64,000 nucleotides of DNA from Setoptus koraiensis (taxonomy: Eukaryota; Animalia; Arthropoda): assembly GCA_048013815.1 (NCBI GenBank), contig CM106585.1:22320001-22384000 (forward strand). Direction: 5' to 3'. The position numbers and the translations under genes are program-made. The notes under the pieces were generated by a model that was not told where the DNA came from, made no database searches, and was given only the letters and a program-made list of their open reading frames with translations. The stretch's first letter is position 1, and each line of letters begins with the position of its first letter. Of the stretch, positions 60,097-64,000 are shown in pieces.

Positions 60097-63000
60097 ATGC
60101 ATTTTTTCAACAGTCACCTCAAAACTGACAATTGTGCAACAGATCACAATCAAGACAGCGGAAAAATTGTCGCCAATCAGAAGCAAACAATTCAAGCGTC
60201 CACTCCAACACTGATCAAAACATTCAAAATACTATTGCAGCGACATCATTCTATCATCATTGTGCTACTCCTGTTAAACGCCTTGAATCAATGTAAGTTG
60301 TTGCGAATCGACTCGGATTGACCCTTTGGGCCCCAATTTTGGATCGCCAGTCAACCCTCTCTCAGGGCTGGCTTTGGAAAGGCTGGGTGTCGCGCAAAAC
60401 TTTGCGAATTTGTTGCGAACCAGGCCTGTCATTATAATTATTATTATGATAGCGCAATGTTAATGGCTGGTGCCCAGAAATAAACTGAAAAGTGGGGGCG
60501 AATCGAGGATCGCAATCTCAGTAGTAAGCTGGCCGATCTGAGCGTAAGCTGAAACGGCGAAACTTGAGCTGGCATCATGATTGAGCTGATTGCTGGCTCG
60601 AGACAGTGCAGATTTTGATCGATCTTGAGCGATCGATCAACATTCATTTCCATAGATGGCGAGAGCGGCCGGTGAGAATTGCCTAGGCTATCAGCGCCAT
60701 TTATCTATTTATCTATTTATCTAGCAACAGTCGAGTGGAAAAAATTTGCCCACTGCTACAGTGGCACTGCAGTGATATAAATTAATGAGCGGGCGTTTGC
60801 AACAATTGCAGCAATGAGCAACAATCATTTAACAATCATTTAACAATCACTGAACAATCATTGACGGCGCAAATGATCCAATCAATGATTTGCAGCCAAT
60901 TGGCAAGATCGTTTGCCAGAATGGCCACGAATCTAAACTGTTCTCATTCTGAACCTTTGTTTGTTTAGACCGTGATTGATACGGCACGTGGCAACCTAAA
61001 AAAACCGGCAGCACAAGTCGCACGGGGGCGCCAATGTGGATCGAGCCCGGCAACGGGCAACCGACCAAATATCGGCACAACAAATATGGTGCCAACAAAT
61101 TATACCGAGCTGACACTTTCGCTGACACGCGAGCCGCGCGAACAATGTTCTTTTCGCTTGAAAATGTGTATTTATGTGAGCATTGTGTGTTCGACCTTGG
61201 TTAGCTGGCAACATTTTGTAACAACGAGAGAAACGAGTTGACAGTGATTAGAAAAAGATTAGCAATTTCTAATAGAGGCGCACTAATAGATGGCATGCAT
61301 TAGAGATTGTTGTGTTCGTTTTGTTTTTGTTGGCGCTCGTTGTTGTCGGCTGCAGGCGAGCGAGTTTGCTGGGTTATTTGTTGATTACCGCAACGCTTAA
61401 ATTAGGAAATGAATTCTCATTGAGACTCGCTAAACGTTGTCGCTTGATCAATGTCAGATTGGCGAGACCGTTACTATCTAGTTAGTGTGTAAGTGAGAAG
61501 TGCGGCAGCTTTTTTTCCAGCCAACGCACTTAATTATCACATGTAAAGCGTGAAAATTGCCGACTTTTTGCTGATTGCCAAGCAGATGTAGTGTCGGGAT
61601 GAATTAGTCAAGTGCAGTTTCGCTTGTTGCCACTACCGGTCGCTGTTTCGGCCACTCTGACGCGCCATTGTCTTAACTCTGGCTGTCGAGCTCGCCGTCG
61701 AACTGGCTGTCGAGCTGGCTGTCGAACTGGCTGTCGAGCTGGCTGTCGAGCTGGCTGTCGAACTGGCTGTCGAGCTGGCTGTCGAGCCCGCTGGCTGCCG
61801 AGCTGGCTAACGAGCCGCTGGATGACAACAGACTATGGATAGACACACCACTAATGGCTGCACTGGTAATAGTCGGTTCCGATCATCCTTGAATGCGCCC
61901 ATTTGGCAAGCCAGCCCAAGTGCTATTTCATTGGCACTTGTTAGGCACTTGTCGTTGGCCGGCCGGCCGTCTATCGGCAATATCCGACAACTATCCGACA
62001 ACTATCCGTTAACCGTCCGTTAACCGTCCGTTAGACGCTTACCTGCCGTAGCTTACCTGTTGCCGCTAATAGATTTGTTTTGGCGTTACATCTTACAGTG
62101 AGTGTGCTGGCGAGACCTTCAATTGATTGATTTTCGGCATATCGACATGGCGCCAACACACACAAATGCAACATGGAGTGTGAAATTAAAAATGATTTCT
62201 CGTTCTCGATTTGAATCATTTTTAACCGGTTCATCCGAGCCAACAGCAACAACAACAACAACTGCCACTACCCTTTATTAACAAGCTTCTTTTGTTGTCG
62301 TGCCAATATCCAGGTGAATCTCGCTACTTAGGCCGTTATATTGGCGCCTTTCCCATAGGCTCCATTCACAGTGTTAAAGGTAACTATACTATTTATATAC
62401 AATAATGATTGATTTTCACTTTTTTATTTCACTTTCGATTGATTCAAAGTTTGAAATTCAAACTTTGAATAATGCAACACAAGAGCCCGTCAATGGCGCT
62501 TGTATCGTCAATCATAATCATAACTATCCATTATGAGACACGATACTTGGCCCTCGTCTAGTGCTGGCTCATTGTGCTCTATGGCCATGAACACTAGACA
62601 CTAATAATAATGCACTCTTGTCTCATTGTACAACCCGTCGTCTGTGTCCGTGACTAACAATTTGTTATCCACACCAACGAACAAAAAAAAATTGTTTTGT
62701 TTTGTATTAAGGTATTGCATTTGCCGCAAACGATAGGCAAATCTTCATCCAGGGATTCAACTACGACGGTTCGGGGCCCGACGCCTTCTTTTGGGCGGGC
62801 ACATCCGGCGGGCCAAGTCCCAATGGATTCATGATACCCGATGAGCTTGGCAGGTAACGTATCGGGCGCAACATTGAGATTAGATTGAGCGACATTTCAA
62901 TTACAACTAATTATAACTATCTATTTTATAATAATTAACGCTCGATTAATTATGACCGATTGTTGCAACAATTTTTGAATTTGGCTTGCGCAGAACTATC

Positions 63001-63792
63001 AAGTTGGGCCCGTACCAGAACCAGGACATTTTGTTGACGTTGCCCCAGGGCAGAACCATTCGTGATATCAAATGGATCTCTATTTGGTGTCGTTTGTTTC
63101 AAGCAAACTTTGGCCATATAACTATACCGTTGAATTTCGAGCCGCCCGTGCCCCTAAATCTTGGTCCGCTGCCATCGTTTGCGCACAAAACCCGGGCGGA
63201 TTCCGTCATGATTGAAGGTAACTATACACTCATGCTATTCACACCGAGCCTGACATCATGTCACTGACATGACCAACATTGTTGGACATTTCCAGCAATC
63301 AGTGCCAAATGGTCAATTAGATTAGACCTGCCTGCTGCACATTCGTTTACAGCAACGCTGTAACGGCACTCACTGACCAATTGACTGAATCCGTCTAATT
63401 GATACCGATGATTTTTGTTCATTTGCATCACGACAGATATAAAGACGTTACGCATCAGAAACTTGTTCTACGACGGAGCCGCGCCAGGTAAGTCAAGCGA
63501 TTGCAAGTGTTCAACTCGACCATCATGACACAATGAGAACAATACTAATCGACCCAAATCGATTTGCCAAATGTCCACTATACTGCTGCCACTTCCGGTC
63601 ATCCACATGCAACAATATGTATCTCTATTTTCATGCATGCGTCATGTTATCATTATCATTATTATTATTATTACTATTATAATTGTGCTAATTTGCAATA
63701 TTTGTTTCAAACTAAATAGACGCCTTTTTCCTGGTGGGCACTGGCTCTAGCCCGCATTCGCGCGGAACCAAAGTACCCGACGAGAACGGAAG
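60097..63792 (+). CDS. Skeletor/Knickkopf-family DM13-domain protein, 3'-partial (continues beyond the window)
   Basis: Exons 60097-60292 (ATG, hydrophobic IIIVLLLLNAL, phase-1 GTAAGT donor), 62314-62379, 62712-62853, 62994-63217, 63437-63487, 63720-63792. All introns are GT-AG and in phase. First DM13: YLGRYIG...IFIQGFNYDGSGPDAFFWAG...GFMIPDELG...DILLTLPQGRTIRDIKWISIWCRLFQANFG. Second DM13 begins: HKTRADSVMIEDIKTLRIRNLFYDGAAPDAFFLVGTG...GTKVPDENG. The first exon is less certain than the other five. Confidence 0.88.
61679..61814. repeat. 12-bp minisatellite (CTGGCTGTCGAR) x9 plus 2 degenerate units, in intron 1 of the DM13 gene
   Basis: Nine contiguous units at 61679-61786, then ctggctgccgag and ctggctaacgag. 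Confidence 0.92.
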
Positions 63793-64000
63793 GTACGCCA
63801 ATCTCAAACACTATCTCTGATTGTTTGGTTCGAAAGTCGGCACCGGCCAATGCTGACTTGTGCCGACTTTCGCCACGACAATAAGAGTTGCGACCACAAT
63901 ATGAGTGTCTAATTATGTCTAACGATGACTAATTATTATCCAACTATCCGACTCGCCCCCTTGTGTCTGCGACAACACGACAGTCTCACCAAACTGAAGG

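Overview
Eukaryotic, arthropod-type genomic DNA. Inference: it looks like a compact chelicerate/mite-type genome, but the taxon cannot be proven from this window. No CRISPR array, rRNA or recognisable transposase was found. The window has two regimes. (1) 1-47.6 kb has no gene I can support. It is GC/CpG-rich DNA saturated with (CAA/TTG)n microsatellites, short imperfect tandem duplications, perfect palindromes, dispersed CGAAC/GTTCG clusters and zoned over-represented motifs (TCACCTG, RTTAYGTAAY/TTGCGCAA, GGGGCCC). (2) 47.6-64 kb is gene-dense. It holds a 5'-incomplete semaphorin-2A-like gene (+, 10 exons assembled by hand into an open 707-aa frame), an intronless Integrator subunit 9 (-), tRNA-Ile(AAT) (+), and a 3'-incomplete Skeletor/Knickkopf-family DM13 gene (+, 6 exons). 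Motif counts are by eye and are minimums. Expected counts assume uniform base composition and need a proper background model. Reference protein comparisons are from memory, not from a database search.
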